From Tubiluchus corallicola (lineage: Eukaryota > Animalia > Priapulida), in NCBI GenBank assembly GCA_030141605.1, contig JAQGDQ010000844.1, forward strand, positions 24,431-88,430: DNA of 64,000 nucleotides. Direction: 5' to 3'. A program made the translations under genes and the position numbers. The notes under the pieces are model-generated. The model had not been told where the DNA came from and searched no databases. It saw nothing but the letters and a program-made list of their open reading frames with translations. Below are positions 1 to 14,200 of the stretch, in pieces. Within the stretch, counting starts at the first letter, position 1, and every line of letters starts with the position of its first letter.

Positions 1-270
1 AAGCAGCTGGTTAAGTAGCTCTGGTCAATTTCATTTTGAAACTAGCATGGCCGACTTTACATTGTTTATGTCGTGCATTTTTATTTAGTTTTTTCCTATC
101 TGATGCTCAAGCATTTCCACTTTATAGTGACTAAATGTGGCTGAATGTGACATGGAATCATCACACTGCCAAATCAACAACTGTTTCAACTGGATAATCA
201 AAGCAAAAACATTGGGACGAAACTTGATGACAAAAACGTAAAAAAGAAAAAACAAAAACAACAAGGTACA

Positions 271-1143
271 GGGAGTTTTTTACGCTCAAAGTAAAAGGTG
301 AGTTTTTTACGCTCAACGTAAAAGGTGAGTTTTTTACACTCAAGGTAAAAGGTGAGTTTTTTATGCTCGAGGTAAAAGGTGAGTTTTTTACGCTCAAGGT
401 AAAAGGTGAGTTTTTTACACTCAAGGTGAGATTTTGACACTCAAGGTAAAAGGTGAGTTTTTTACGCTCAAGGTAAAAGGCGAGTTTTTTACACTCATGG
501 TAAAAGGTGAGATTTTTACGCTCAAGGTAAAAGGTGAGTTTTTTATGCTCACCGTAAAAGGTGAGTTTCTTACACTCAAGGTAAAAGGTGAGTTTTTTAC
601 ACGGTTCGTGAGAACACAAAGCAGAATTCGGCTAAAAGGTGAGTTTTTTACACGCTTCGTGAGAACGCAACACCAGAATTCAGCTAAAAGGTGAGTTTTT
701 TACACAGTTCGCGAGAACACAAACCAGAATTCAGCTAAAAGGTGAGTTTTTTACACGCTTCGTGAGAACACAAAAAAGAATTCAGCTAAAAGGTGAGTTT
801 TTTACACGCATCGTGAGAACACAAACCAGAATTCAGCTAAAAGGTGAGTTTTTTACACGCTTCGTGAGAATACAAACCAGAATTCAGCTAAAAGGTGAGT
901 TTTTTACACGCTTCGTGAGAATACAAACCAGAATTCAGCTAAAAGGTGAGTTTTTTACACGCATCGTGAGAACACAAACCAGAATTCAGCTAAAAGGTGA
1001 GTTTTTTACACGCTTCGTGAGAATACAAACCAGAATTCAGCTAAAAGGTGAGTTTTTTACACGGTTCGCGAGAACACAAACCAGAATTCAGCTAAAAGGT
1101 GAGTTTTTTACACAGTTCACGAGAACACAAACCAGAATTCAGC
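271..1143. repeat. Composite minisatellite: 27-bp unit switching to a 51-bp unit that shares the core AAAAGGTGAGTTTTTTAC
   Basis: About 11 copies of gtaaaaggtgagttttttacgctcaag, then about 11 copies of gctaaaaggtgagttttttacacgcttcgtgagaacacaaaccagaattca. Confidence 0.95.
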
Positions 1144-2263
1144 ACTTAACAATGGCGTACTGCCAATGTTAAGTGGTTCTGGCAGGATGGGAACTAAAAT
1201 AACTATCAAAGTCAAACATGCAACATGAGTTACCAGGCTGGTTGTGCAGACTTAGCCACATTCGGATGTGAATGCATCCCCCCAAAGAGGTAAATAGCAA
1301 GAATCAGTATGGTGAATGAAACCTCCCAAAAGTGATTAACCGAGCAGTCAACCAAACATTTACTAACTGGATTCAGCACTGTTTAACTTTACTGCCAGTC
1401 ACACATTGTGATCACTCTGTTACTTTTCCTGCCATAACTTATGAATATGGTAAATCTCTTCTATGTGATACTAAAAACTGCAAAAGATACTTTGAGCATT
1501 TACGCCATAAGCTCATAGTACAATTAATGAAAATATCAACACTGTGTATTCAATACTCGACTAGTTGTTCACACCAGTATCAACAAGTTGGTTAAATAAA
1601 GAGGCTGACTCTTGTGAACTCTAGTCGTTTTGTTAACAAACAATCTTATGTCTACTGCAACACATTTCATAGCAGTTGTTATAATATGCCCAATCTCTGT
1701 GGATAGCGTACGTTTTCAATAGCTTAACACTTTATTTCAGAATAATGGAATGTTGATAATAGTAACGCCCTACAGATTAGATAAACAACAGTGAAGTACT
1801 TATAGCTGTCTGCTGTTCTTGAACGAGTGTTACAGAAGACAAGGTCACCTTCGAAAAACCCAAAATATAAGACGTCTTTTCACTGCCATCAGATGCAATA
1901 CCGATGAGACAACAATAATGGTTTCATGCTTCGTTCAATTTTTACCAACATTGGGCCTATTTTTCAATACTAAAAGTCTGAATACTAGACTACGTGGTAA
2001 GAAAATGATATGCATAGTCAGCTGGTCAAGCAAATGTGATATACACGTATGATTGTAACAGACGAGGCAGGAAATACGTTGACCAGACAATAAGGCAACT
2101 GCATGTGCACATTCAGGAATGGGCCAATGTTGAAGCGAAAAGACAGACACACACACAAACTCAAGATTTTCTTTAGCCTTCAAATATTTTGTGGATTTGA
2201 TTTATAGAGTAACAACAGCTAACTTAGAGAAGGAAAAACTGCTAGAAAAAAAACTTAGGTTAC

Positions 2264-5200
2264 CTCCAATAGGAGCAGCGAAACTGCAACCGACACCAAC
2301 GGCGCAGGCAGCTGCAAGCATCTCCGTCTTTCTAGACTCGTTCTGAAAAATTCAACAAATGTCAAAATTAATGGTAAAATAATATATATATATATATATA
2401 TATGTATATACATATATATATATATTATTTTACCATTAATATGCAATTTGTTAAATTGTATATATATATATATCATTTTTATTCATACTCCTGTTACAAT
2501 CATATAAAATAAACAAACAGATCAACAAGCAAAATAGCATTAATTAACAAGATTAGTAAGCAATGTGAATATATACAATTAAGTGAGAGTAAGATATGTT
2601 AGTATGGCGTACAACTCATTCCTGTCAAAAAAATCAAAACAATTATGTTCTAGAACCCATATAACTTCTTTAATGAAATTTTTACAGCCCGTATTTGTTC
2701 TTTGCTAACATTACTCCGTACATCTAATGTACAAGAAAAAACTTTAGAAAGAAAATTTTCATTTGTGTAAAAAGTTTTGTACTCGTTAAAAATAGATAAC
2801 AAATTACAACGCATTATAGAAGATGCATGAAATCGAGAATCATGCGCAAAGAAATTGGCTACGTGATTTTCACTACATAAGTAACTATGGTAAAATTTAA
2901 CAAATCGTTTCTGTAACTGTTTAAGAGGGGGGGGGGGGGAACAATATCACTTATAAAAGGAAGACAGTATCTGTGTGATCTAAACGGCAAATTCCAAAGT
3001 TTTCTTACCACAATAAATTGGTTAAGTTACTGAGCTGAAAATATGCTGTTTATAGTTTAATTAGATTCTAAATGCCATTCAAATGTACTTTGAAATCACA
3101 AATATGCTTTATGTGATAAGGCAAAAATAAACTTTGTGAATTTGCAAAAAAATTCTAGCACCCAGTTTTTAAACCGGGCATTCTTTATTACTGAAACCGT
3201 TGATGTTTTAACGATGCATTCAAAGTGAAGAATATTGGAAAATATATCAAACTTGTACACCTCCAGCAAAAAGCATAGCTAGAGTGGATCTCGACCCACA
3301 AATGTCACATTTTTTGGGACAAAATTAGTGAATCTTACACATAGGCAACTCAAAAACTATTTTTTGTTTCCATGTAATCTCACTCTAGTACGTGCACTTT
3401 AATGATTCATAGTTTGTTAAGAAATTAAAGGGCAAATGCCTATAACATTGGTAAAAAAATTAGCAGCGCATGATTCACTAATTCACTTAATATACGTTAC
3501 GTTACTGCAGTAATGTGGGGAATAATAAGCAAAAGAGTACAATGTTCACAAACTGCAATAACTCGAACAATTCAAGTAAGGGTAAACTTACCTCATAAAT
3601 ACCTTTGAAAGAAGTGATGAGTTTACTAAGTAAAGTAGCTACTATACTGGCAATATGTACAAATGGACCCTGGAAGACAATAAGAAAAGCTTCACAAATT
3701 ATCTGTGCATATGAAAATAATTTCCACACATTCAATTAAATACAACCATTTATTTCTACACCTGTAATTTTAACACAGTATTTTAAAGAGCATAGAGAGA
3801 AACAGCAAAGTCAAAAGAATGCAGCCAGTTAAACACACTGGAACAGTCTAGCACTTGATGGGGGTCTTGAAAGGAAATCGATAGCTCTTTAGACAAAGAA
3901 GCAACCAGGCTACAACCTTGGTGTGAGTCTCGTTTACAAATGCTTCTATCAGAATGATAGGCTATAAGTTAATTCGTTCATTTTTTCTGGATCACCCTGT
4001 ATTATAACTTTAAATTGTATGGCAGGTAAAAGCAAAATACAGGATTCTAGTTATACTACATTCCAGATTAACTGTAACATTGATTGCACAAAGATAGTGC
4101 TTTATTTGTGCAAACAATTTCACAGCGAATAGCATAGTACTTTCTTAAATGCATTTTATATCAACTTTTCATGCAGTTTGGCAGTTTGCCAAGTCAAGAT
4201 CCTGTACACTTAGCAATACAGAGCTACTTTGTGGCAGGACCTGACCGCAAAACTAACTTCATATGAAACTTGTTCCTCTGCAACAATGCTTTCAAGTAAA
4301 ATCAACATGCAAAACACAAATTCCCTTCATGCTACAGAAATGCTTTTGTATAACATAACAAATAAAATTCCTTGCAAACTTGGATAAAAACTCAACTTTG
4401 ACTGGAAAAACTACCTCTTTCCCGAGGGGAAGACCACTCCCGAGAGATGAAGTAAGACCAATACACTTTGAGATGAGCGTTCTAAAAGTAAGATATTCTT
4501 TCAAGACCACGCCCCGCAATATTGTCTTCATTTCTGGAATACCAGATCCTGTAAATAAACAAATGTCCACAAAGTAAGTTCCAGCTCAGCACTAAAGATA
4601 CTGTGTCAATCGCACGAACAGGTGTGACTAAGTGCTGTCACCTGGTGATTAAAACAAATAACTAGTTAGCTAGAACATTTTACACTTCTAACCCAAGCAA
4701 AATCTCAGCTAAACAGAATGGGGAGGCACAACACAGTTGGGTTGTCACATATTCAAATCACTACACTGCCATTGATGAGACAGTTTGCATTCACAAGCTG
4801 ATAACGAATTAGTAGTTTATCAGCTAGGGCAAATTTTTTTACAACTTTGGTTTCCTTCTCAATCAAATAACATAAATTATTAAACACATATAGTCTTTCA
4901 CGATAAATCTTCTTTATTGCCCTCGCCATGTCTGCACACACTTCCCTTGTAAAACTTTTCAGATTATTAGTAATTTAAATAATGTTCAAGGTCAACAAAA
5001 GATACATTGAATCGTTTTTTGAATGACTTACAATCAGTCGTCAAACTTACAGTAGTTTCATGCAACAATATTAAGCCTCTATGCTGACCACTAAGTTCAC
5101 AGTCATAAGATTGACCAAGAACCGAATTGTTAAGTTTCTGAAGCACCCCTGCTCGATTGTTCAGTTTAGCAACTAATTCAACATTCTGGTTTTCTAATGC

Positions 5201-8200
5201 AGACAAAGGTACCTCCACGATTACAAAGGCAAGAACGAATAGAAGGAGGCAGGAGGAAATAGCAATTGTTGTTACAGGTAAATATTCAAATTGTGTGCTA
5301 GCATTTGGCTTCAGCAGTTGGTGATGAAGCTTTGATGCCCGAGGCATAAGAAATGGAGATTGGTTGGAAATTATAAAAAAGTCTCAAATGGAATGTAATA
5401 CCCCGAAAACTTGGTTCATAATTATAGTGATCATTTTTAGTTACAGTCAGTATTTAACCCAAATCAATGTCTGCTTAACATGAATAACTTAGACACACAA
5501 TAATTTGTGTAGGCGCATTTGCTGCATAACTTCTAAAACTTTTTCATTTGATTCTTTTTGGAATATTAATGATTTGCATGATTTTTACCAGAGACAGTCC
5601 TCAAGTGGCGTTTTAAAAGTTTCTGACAAAAGTTGAGGGCCATGACAGAAGCACAATTATTGTTAGACAAATGAAAACGAGTGACAGAAGTACAGTGACC
5701 ACAATATGATTTTTACCAGATGACAAAAAGTTCGCCATTGCACAAAAGTTACATTCTTTCTCAACATCTACTATGAATAAAGAGCCGACTAAGCAAAACC
5801 AATACAAGCGCTCATTACCACTTCTCTACTGAGGTCTGCCAAATTAACTTCATTTCCCAAGACGAAAATTACTTACAATTACTCTCTGCTGCACCTTTGA
5901 CATCACTGAGAGCAACAACATTATTAATTTAGAGTAGAGAATGGCTTCAGGTGCTAATAAACCGAACCAGCTGACTAGATGTATGAATAATTCACAACAA
6001 AATCAGCACACGCTAGAGAAATCATCATTGATTTTTAAATGTCTGAAAATCAGTGGCGGTTCGGAAAATCACAGGTTCCACCCCCTGTTTTCACTCAATA
6101 TTATCGCTAATATTCGATATCATGTGTTCTTTTTTGTCTTTAATTCTTTCTCTACACTTGTACACACTGTATCTCGACACTAGGCGGAGGAGCTGCACAA
6201 GCAGCCAACGGTTAGAGGGCGGATGAGGTCTAGTGACCCAACGGCCATGTATAGCGGAGTAAACCTTCCAAATCAGGAGTAGAGCCCCGAAGGCGGACCA
6301 GTGCAGCATGCTCACTGACTCCGGCAGCTCCTGCAGCCAACCTGGTGCCAAACGTATCACTCCGCTTTCCTTTGGACTACACCAGGGAGGAAGAGAGGGG
6401 GTTCCTGTTGACCGGGCAACTCAGGATCTCCATACACCTTGGACAGGCATGCGCCCTGGAGACGTTCAAGAATCGCACAGCCACAGTCGACGCTGCAGCT
6501 CCATCAATGTGATCAATAACTGACTCTCTTAGCGCACACTCCATTGACTTTCGAGACAGAAGGATGCCAACAACAATACTTGTACACACTTGTAAATCCT
6601 TGTACGGAACCAGAGCATGTCACGGAACTGTGCACTTCACAGCTTCAGCAACATGGTGCTTGGCTGCTGTGAGCATGCGGCCATGGGCACATGTCTGAGA
6701 TAAGACGCTGCAAGCTAGGTAGAGAAAGCACTGTCGCTCATGCAGTGTCGATCAAGGAGAAAGTTATTAATCTATTTGCACAAAGTAAACCAAGAAGAAT
6801 GGATTTTGTTTTTAAATGAAAGGATCAATTTAAACTTAAATTAACTTAATAAATTAATTAATTAGATTAATTTAACTTGAACTGTAACGATTTAGGCTAA
6901 TAGTAAGTAAGATATATTTTCTTGTTTAGGATTTTAATGAATTTATGTGTATAAATTTTCTTTTTATATGTTTATTTTGCTTTTCACAATATTAAAACAA
7001 TGGCTAAAAGTTTTCTGAAGCAGCAACACCACAAATTACAGCCACGAGACGCCACTGATGAAAATGCAGATGCAGAGAAGGCTGATCTGAGCTGACCAGA
7101 ACCTGCAAGATTAGTCCTCAACTCCATAAAACACCTTAGATACTTCTTAAGGTGTAAAATGTTCCTCAGGACAGATATAAGAGTTAGATCACTAAAATTA
7201 AAATGATGTAGACAACTGAGGAAAATTATATATATTCTTGTGAAAACCAAATATGCTAGAAATTACAGAAGTACAGTGTCATTGACAGCTAAGATCACAT
7301 TAATGTTGAAAGATGTGGGCTTTAATATTTTATGAAAAACAATAAAAACTTGATTCCTACACAAATTAAAAAACCTGCATATAGGTCAGAGTCCGAAAAA
7401 AGTCTTCGGTAGCAAAAAATTGAAAACGTTTTACTAGCAAGCTACCAGACGTTATTATATAGCACCAAGTTAATATCAAATGTAACTCTGTAGCGAGTTT
7501 CAAGGGTTAATTGGATCCTTCACATGGCTCAAAGGCAGTAACAAGTTCTGTCATAGCCTTTCATTTGGAGCTTGGAAAAGGTAAAGCCTTCGAAACCTCT
7601 TGCAACTGTTTTCACCATTTCAAGCAAAAATTTGCAAACAAAGACGGCAACCCAAATACAAAGTAGATTTCTAATTTACATACCTATTGCTTGTGGTGAC
7701 ACCAAATGTACAAATCCAGTGGAAAAGAGGATAAATACAACAGGAAATATGGTCCACGCAAAAAACTGAGCGGCAGGATAACCATCAAGCTCTTTATACA
7801 GCCATATCCTTGCTGTAAAATATTCAAATTTGATTAACGTAATTACTCTGTACCAGAAAAGGTAGAAATCTGTATAAGTACAGTTAAAGGAAAACAATAC
7901 AAGATTTTAGACAATAACTACTCTGTACCAGAAAAGGTAGTGATCTGTATAAGTACAGTTAAAGGAAAACAATACAAGATTTTAGACCATAACTACTCTG
8001 TACCAGAAAAGGTAGTGATTTGTATAAGTACAGTTAAAGGAAAACAATACAAGATTTTAGACAATAACTACTCTGTACCAGAAAAGGTAGTGATCTGTAT
8101 AAGTACAGTTAAAGGAAAACAATACAAGATTTTAGACCATAACTACTCTGTACCAGAAAAGGTAGTGATCTGTATAAGTACAGTTAAAGGAAAACAATAC

Positions 8201-11200
8201 AAGATTTTAGACCGTAACTACTCTGTACCAGAAAAGGTAGTAATCTGTATAAGTACAGTTAAAGGAAAACAATACATTGATTTTAGACCATAACTACTCT
8301 GTACCAGAAAAGGTAGTGATCTGTATAAATACAGTTAAAGGAAAACAGTACAAGATTTTAGACCATAACTACTCTGTACCAGAAAAAGTAGTAATATGTA
8401 TAAGTACAGTTAAAGGAAATCAATACAAGATTTTAGATAATAATTACTCTGTACCAGAAAAGGTAGTAATTTGTATAAGTACAGTTAAAGGAAAACAATA
8501 CAAGATTTTAGACCATAACTACTCTGTACCAGAAAAGGTAGTAATCTGTATAAGTACAGTTAAAGGAAAACAATACAAGATTTTAGATCATAACTACTCT
8601 GTACCAGAAAAGGTAGTAATCTGTATAAGTACAGTTAAAGGAAAACAATACATTGATTTTAGACCATAACTATTCTATACCAGAAAAGGTAGTAAGCTGT
8701 ATAAATACAGTTAAAGGAAAACAATACAAGATTTTAGACCATAACTACTGTGTACCAGAAAAGGTAGTAATCTGCATAAGTACAGTTAAAGGAAAACACT
8801 ACAAGATTTTAGACCATAACTACTCTGTACCAGAATAGGTAGTGATCTGCATAAATACAGTTAAAGGAAAACAATACATTGATTTTAGACCATAACTATT
8901 CTGTACCAGAAAAGGTAGTAATCTGTATAAATACAATTAAAGGAAAACAATACATTGATTTTAGACCATAACTATTCTGTACCAGAAAAGGTAGTAAGCT
9001 GTATAAATACAATTAAAGGAAAACAATACAAGATTTTAGACCATAACTACTCTGTACCAAAAAAGGTAGTAATCTGTATAAGTACAGTTAAAGGAAAACA
9101 ATACAAGATTTTAGACCATAACTATTCTGTACCAGAAAAGGTAGTAATCTGTATATGTACAGTTAAATGAAAACACTACAAGATTTTAGACCATAACTCA
9201 CAATGATATATCATCTAAAATATTTAACATTGTTTTTAGGTATGATTTACATGAAGTAATTATATTAGATTAGCAGTCCAGTTTTATTAGTTTTTCACTG
9301 ATATGCCCTCTCAGGCACACACTGGGCAAAAAGAGGTGCTGTACCAGTTGTGACGTCAAGGAGAACTTGTCAAGGATCACACACTGACTTAGCGGTAAAC
9401 TTAGAATTAGAATTTATGAATTTTTGGAAATTAAAATCAATGTAAACAGCAGTGCCACATTTCTTTTCTAGTTTTTGCAAGCAGTGTGAAATGCTCGAGA
9501 AGGATTTCTGCCATTGAAAAATTTTCCCACTCGTGCAAGGATTTCTAGCTAGAAGTGCCGAAAAGTGTACAACTTAAGTTCGAGACGTATGCTATTTGTG
9601 ATGCTACTGTTACACTATCAGTTATAATAACTTCAGCTAATAGCATTAGGAATCATATCATTGTACACAGTTCAGTCCACAGTTAATCGTATAACGAAGA
9701 CAATACTTACACTCTTGTGAGGCATGGATGCAAAAGTCCATGGCATAACTGAGAAGGGCCATGAGAATTCCTAAAACGGCAAGAAATATCCAATCCTCGC
9801 CGATCTTGCCGAATATTTTGCCGACGAACCATTGCCACCGTGCTAAAAAGAGCGTGTCTACGTTTAGCAAGCGATATAACACTTGTAAGAAAACAGCAAT
9901 GGTAACTGAGTAAACAGAAAACTGTAACTAGGTAAGAAAAAAACTGCAGACAAAGAACCTGGGAGCAGTGTTGTAAGTTCTTACTACAGTAAGCTCTGCT
10001 TAACTCAAATTTTCGCCTAACTCAAAGAATTTCAGCTGAACAGATGAAATCCATCGTTTTTCCTATAAAAAAATCGCTTAAAACAAAATATATACTCAAA
10101 ATTTTGCCTAACTCAAATAAAAAATTATGGTCCATTTAATCAAAATACATATGATTTACTTTGCCTAACTCAAAAATGCAATTTACACTTTAAAAAAAGA
10201 AAATATTTCGTACAACTCAAAAATGGTATCGTTTAACAGTGTTGTGTACACGTCCTTTTGTAACAAAAAAATCGTGTTTCACTACATAATTTGTTATTCT
10301 TTATGTAATTGTCATCAGATCTCGTCATTTATGTATAGAAAGTCAATATGTATATCTGCCTTCTATTTAGCTCGCCATCTGGTGGAGGGGTTAAGAGTTT
10401 CTATGCTGGAAAATGGTCAACAGCGCCTAACTCAAAGTTTTTTCGGTCCACTTGAATTTGAGTTATGCGGAGTTTACTGTAGTAGGATTCATTTAAAGAT
10501 TATACAAAGTTTTCTCGCATGAACACCGATTAAAATTGTCCAAAGATAGGCTTATAAAGATACGTTTTCAAACCTTATTAAAGCTAGCACTTCCATTACA
10601 AATTAAACAGTTGTTTTGAATGGCATGAAGGAAATGATGTTCACTTTATTCTCGATCAGGTGAAAGTGCATAAACTTTTAAGAAGAACAAAATGCCACAG
10701 CTAGTGTTAAATGATTTTATTCTGCCAAAAAATAAAAGCATAAGAGCACAAATTGTTTAAAGACGCTTTTCATGTAATTTCTCTTTCTGCTTACTTTTTA
10801 AACGGGTAACCCAAACTTTTTCGTAGCGATGAAAGCCCGGCGGAGGTTGCCTCCTTTCCTGTTTCTCTGATTTTATTCGTTCCGCTTCCTTGCGTGCGAA
10901 TTCTCCAAGATCCTTCCGGTAGTGGCCATACATCTAGAAGCAAAACAAGAGTATTAATCACTGTAAGTGATTTAGGCCAATCTGGCCAATATACCATCAC
11001 TTTCTCAAGTGCTCCAGGAAATTTCAAGGATGATCTTTGGCAATGGAAGCATATTCAGTTTACTACCGCAAATGAGCCAAAAACGACTACGCAACACAAA
11101 AATGAACGCTGTGAAATTGTGATCACAACATTTGTTAGTTCAGAATCATGCAACGAGCTTCAAATACAATTTCTTTACGACTGCCACAACTGTAAACTGA

Positions 11201-14200
11201 ACAGACTTCAAAGGTAAACTAAATGAAGAAGCTGTGAAAATTGTATGTGATACAAGTCAAGTAATGATTTGTCTGTCTCAGTTTACATCATAAAAACAAA
11301 CAGCATTGTACACCGAAAGAGTTTGTTTCTTTACGTTATAACTTCGTCTTAATATTATTTGAAAGACACGTATTTCGTGATTGCTTGAAGAACACTCACA
11401 GAATTCTATCAAACAAACCATGCAAAATTTAGATCTGATAATATGATGCAATTAATTTTTTTTAATATGAATGAAATGCCAGTGAGATGAATCTTGAATA
11501 AACAAAATCTCAAACATGAATCATTCCATTAATGGCATCAAAAACACTAATAAAGGCTGGTAATACAAAAGCTTCAAAGTGCTGAAGTGCTCAAAGCCAC
11601 AAGCTAACACACCACAAACAGCAACATAAAATGCAAACTATTAAAGGCAGGCAAATTCGTACACATAAATTTCCTATATCAAAGAAGATTATTTATATTA
11701 TAGAAGATAAATTCTAAAAACACATGAAAATGCTAGACAACACTGTGAAAGGGCAATGACATACAGAAATTTGTTATCTTTAAAATTTGTGGATTTAACA
11801 AGTGAACATGCAGAATTTCTCTCTACCTGATGCTAACCTAGTCAAAATAATAATAGATGGAACATTTAAAATTCAAAAGTGGGAACAAGAATTAATGTAA
11901 GTAATTAGGTATAAAACTCCATTAACTATTGTGCACCAAATGGAACTCAGTCTGTCATGAAAGGGTTAAAAACCTTACTTGAAAGTGTCAAAGATACAGT
12001 GGTAATACCACTGTCTCTGTCTCTATGTATATATAGACTGAACATATTACATTCATGACAGACTGAGTTCCATTTGGTGTTCAGAATAAGAATATAAATA
12101 TTTAAATTCTAAATATTGGTATTAGAGGTGAGCATTCTCTAACAGAAAGCAAATTCGAACCGAATTTGTGACTTTCGAACACGAATTAAACCAAATTTCA
12201 GCATGCAGTTTTAATTTTTGAATCACTAATAAAAAGCTGTCTCACAAAGATCTTGCATATTGCTTGATTTTGTTTTGCATTAAAATACCAATAATTTGTG
12301 TAAAAATTTTTGCAGTGAAATCGCAGCTAAACTGTGCTGATTGCATGCTGTTTCAAACGTTTTAATGATAAAGAATATATATAGTTTAAGTGTTCAAATC
12401 TATAATTATGATCAAATCGAATGTGAACTTAAAAAACTTACTTGTTGGAATTCGATTTGAATGCTCAATCATTCGATGCCCACCCCTAACAGGTATTGGT
12501 AAAATATCAACTTTCTTGCAGCATTTTTGTATAGGGATGTAATAAAGACAATGCACAATATCTGAGTGTAGTGATTTTAGCATAATGTGGTATCAAAACA
12601 CGAGTTTCTTGATTGTAGACCAGATTATTTTCATCACTGATCATAAATTCACAGTACTTCTATGTTTATGCTATAATTTAAAATTCTCCTGAATTTGATT
12701 TACGGGCAAAACAACAGACTTTTAGCCCCGGGGGCAGGTTGATTGAAGGTGAAAGTGCAAAATGCATAAATCTCGCAGTCAATATGAAGATGCTGGTAAT
12801 AGACAATTCCCATGCTTGAAAATGCAGTTTATTAATAGTACACAAAAACAGAAAATACTATAGACAGAAGAATAATTGGCTATCTAACTTAATGTAAACA
12901 TCCTAATAAAGTACGTATAAATCAAGTTTTTCCCTCGGGCGTCTTATATGTGCAATTGTCTGTGAAAACTTATTTTCCTGAAAACTACAACCTTACAAAA
13001 GTCAAGAGATTCCTATCACAAACAAACTAGTTATGAGCACTCTGCTGCTCTGGACGTTCAATCGTATTTTCACGATTAACTGTGCACAACCCATTTCCTG
13101 AGTGTCTACTGGTCGTGTTTGAAAATAACTGAGTCAAGATTCTCAAGAAGTTTTAATCGTGCATATTTCTTAGCTAACAAACAGTGGTGCATACTTGTTA
13201 CAAACTTTTGTTATGCCCTTGGTTCGAGGCAATAAATCTACACTGCTAAATGCTTTACTGACCTTTTAGCATGTCTAGAGAACATTAAAGAGTCTATAAT
13301 TAAACCAGAGAGATTTTTCAGCTCAATGGCCGCGTAGAATTACACAGTACTGGCTGATGAAGCCAAAGCTTTTGTTTCCAATAAGTGCACTATTGTTTGC
13401 ACTCCAATCTTGGTACGCTTGGTTAAGAAAAACTCAGCAGAAATCCATAACTGTACATAAAACGATTAACTTTAATGAATGAGAGAAACGTTTTAATTTT
13501 GTTGATTTTCCACTAGCTAAAGAGACAAAGAGAAAAGTTCGGTCATCCGATATTGCCGAATTGTAACTGTGGATTTCGATTTGAGTCTGTTGAACAGTTT
13601 TTGTTGCAGTGCCCATTGTATCAACAAACTAGGGTTGTTATGTTTGATAAATTAAATGAAATACTTCTGCCTGAAAACCTTAATATAGCTGCCTTAGGAA
13701 CTAATGATCTGTTGAAGTTGTTATTATTCGGAAAAGATTATTTTAACTATGTTGCTAACTGTAAAATATTCCAATGCATACATGAATTTATATTATGCAC
13801 TAAACGCTTCCAGTAGTTTCTATATGATATGAAATGCATCAGTCTTAAATATTCGTACATTAATATTTCTAACCGTCAGTTTCTACTAATGTCTAATGTA
13901 ATCTTGTAGTAAAGCTTGTCAGCTTATGTAGTTATAGTCTATTCTTACTGTAAATGTTTTTGTAAATAGTGTGCATAGACTGTTGTAGTGAGGATCCTAA
14001 ATCATGTTGTTTAAACTGTCTGATCCAATCCTATAATAAATTATGTTTAAACTAACTAAAGTTTCACATAAGGTCAAAGCTCTCCTTGGGAGAGTTTACG
14101 GAGACAAACAATTCTTCTCAAGCGTTACACAAGATCTCACCTTTAACATGTGAGATTAATGTTGGATAGGGTTTTTAATAGCTAATTTAGTGAGATTTTT

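Noticed and set aside
271-1143. CRISPR-like look (constant core with intervening sequence)
   Set aside because: The intervening parts are near-identical rather than unique spacers, the context is a eukaryotic intron, and no cas genes are present.
4753-5347. Minus-strand ORFs of 62 and 126 aa in a CLCN2 intron
   Set aside because: No recognisable domain or usable splice sites, and the channel exons on either side already join in frame.
6218-6245. Hammerhead-ribozyme-like cggatga-ggtc-tagt-gacc-caac
   Set aside because: Both catalytic-core boxes deviate (CUGAUGA to CGGAUGA, GAAA to CAAC) and stems I and III are not evident.
7940-9170. Repetitive ORFs [24 protein letters not shown]
   Set aside because: Translation of a 75-bp minisatellite, broken by 76-bp variants and stops.
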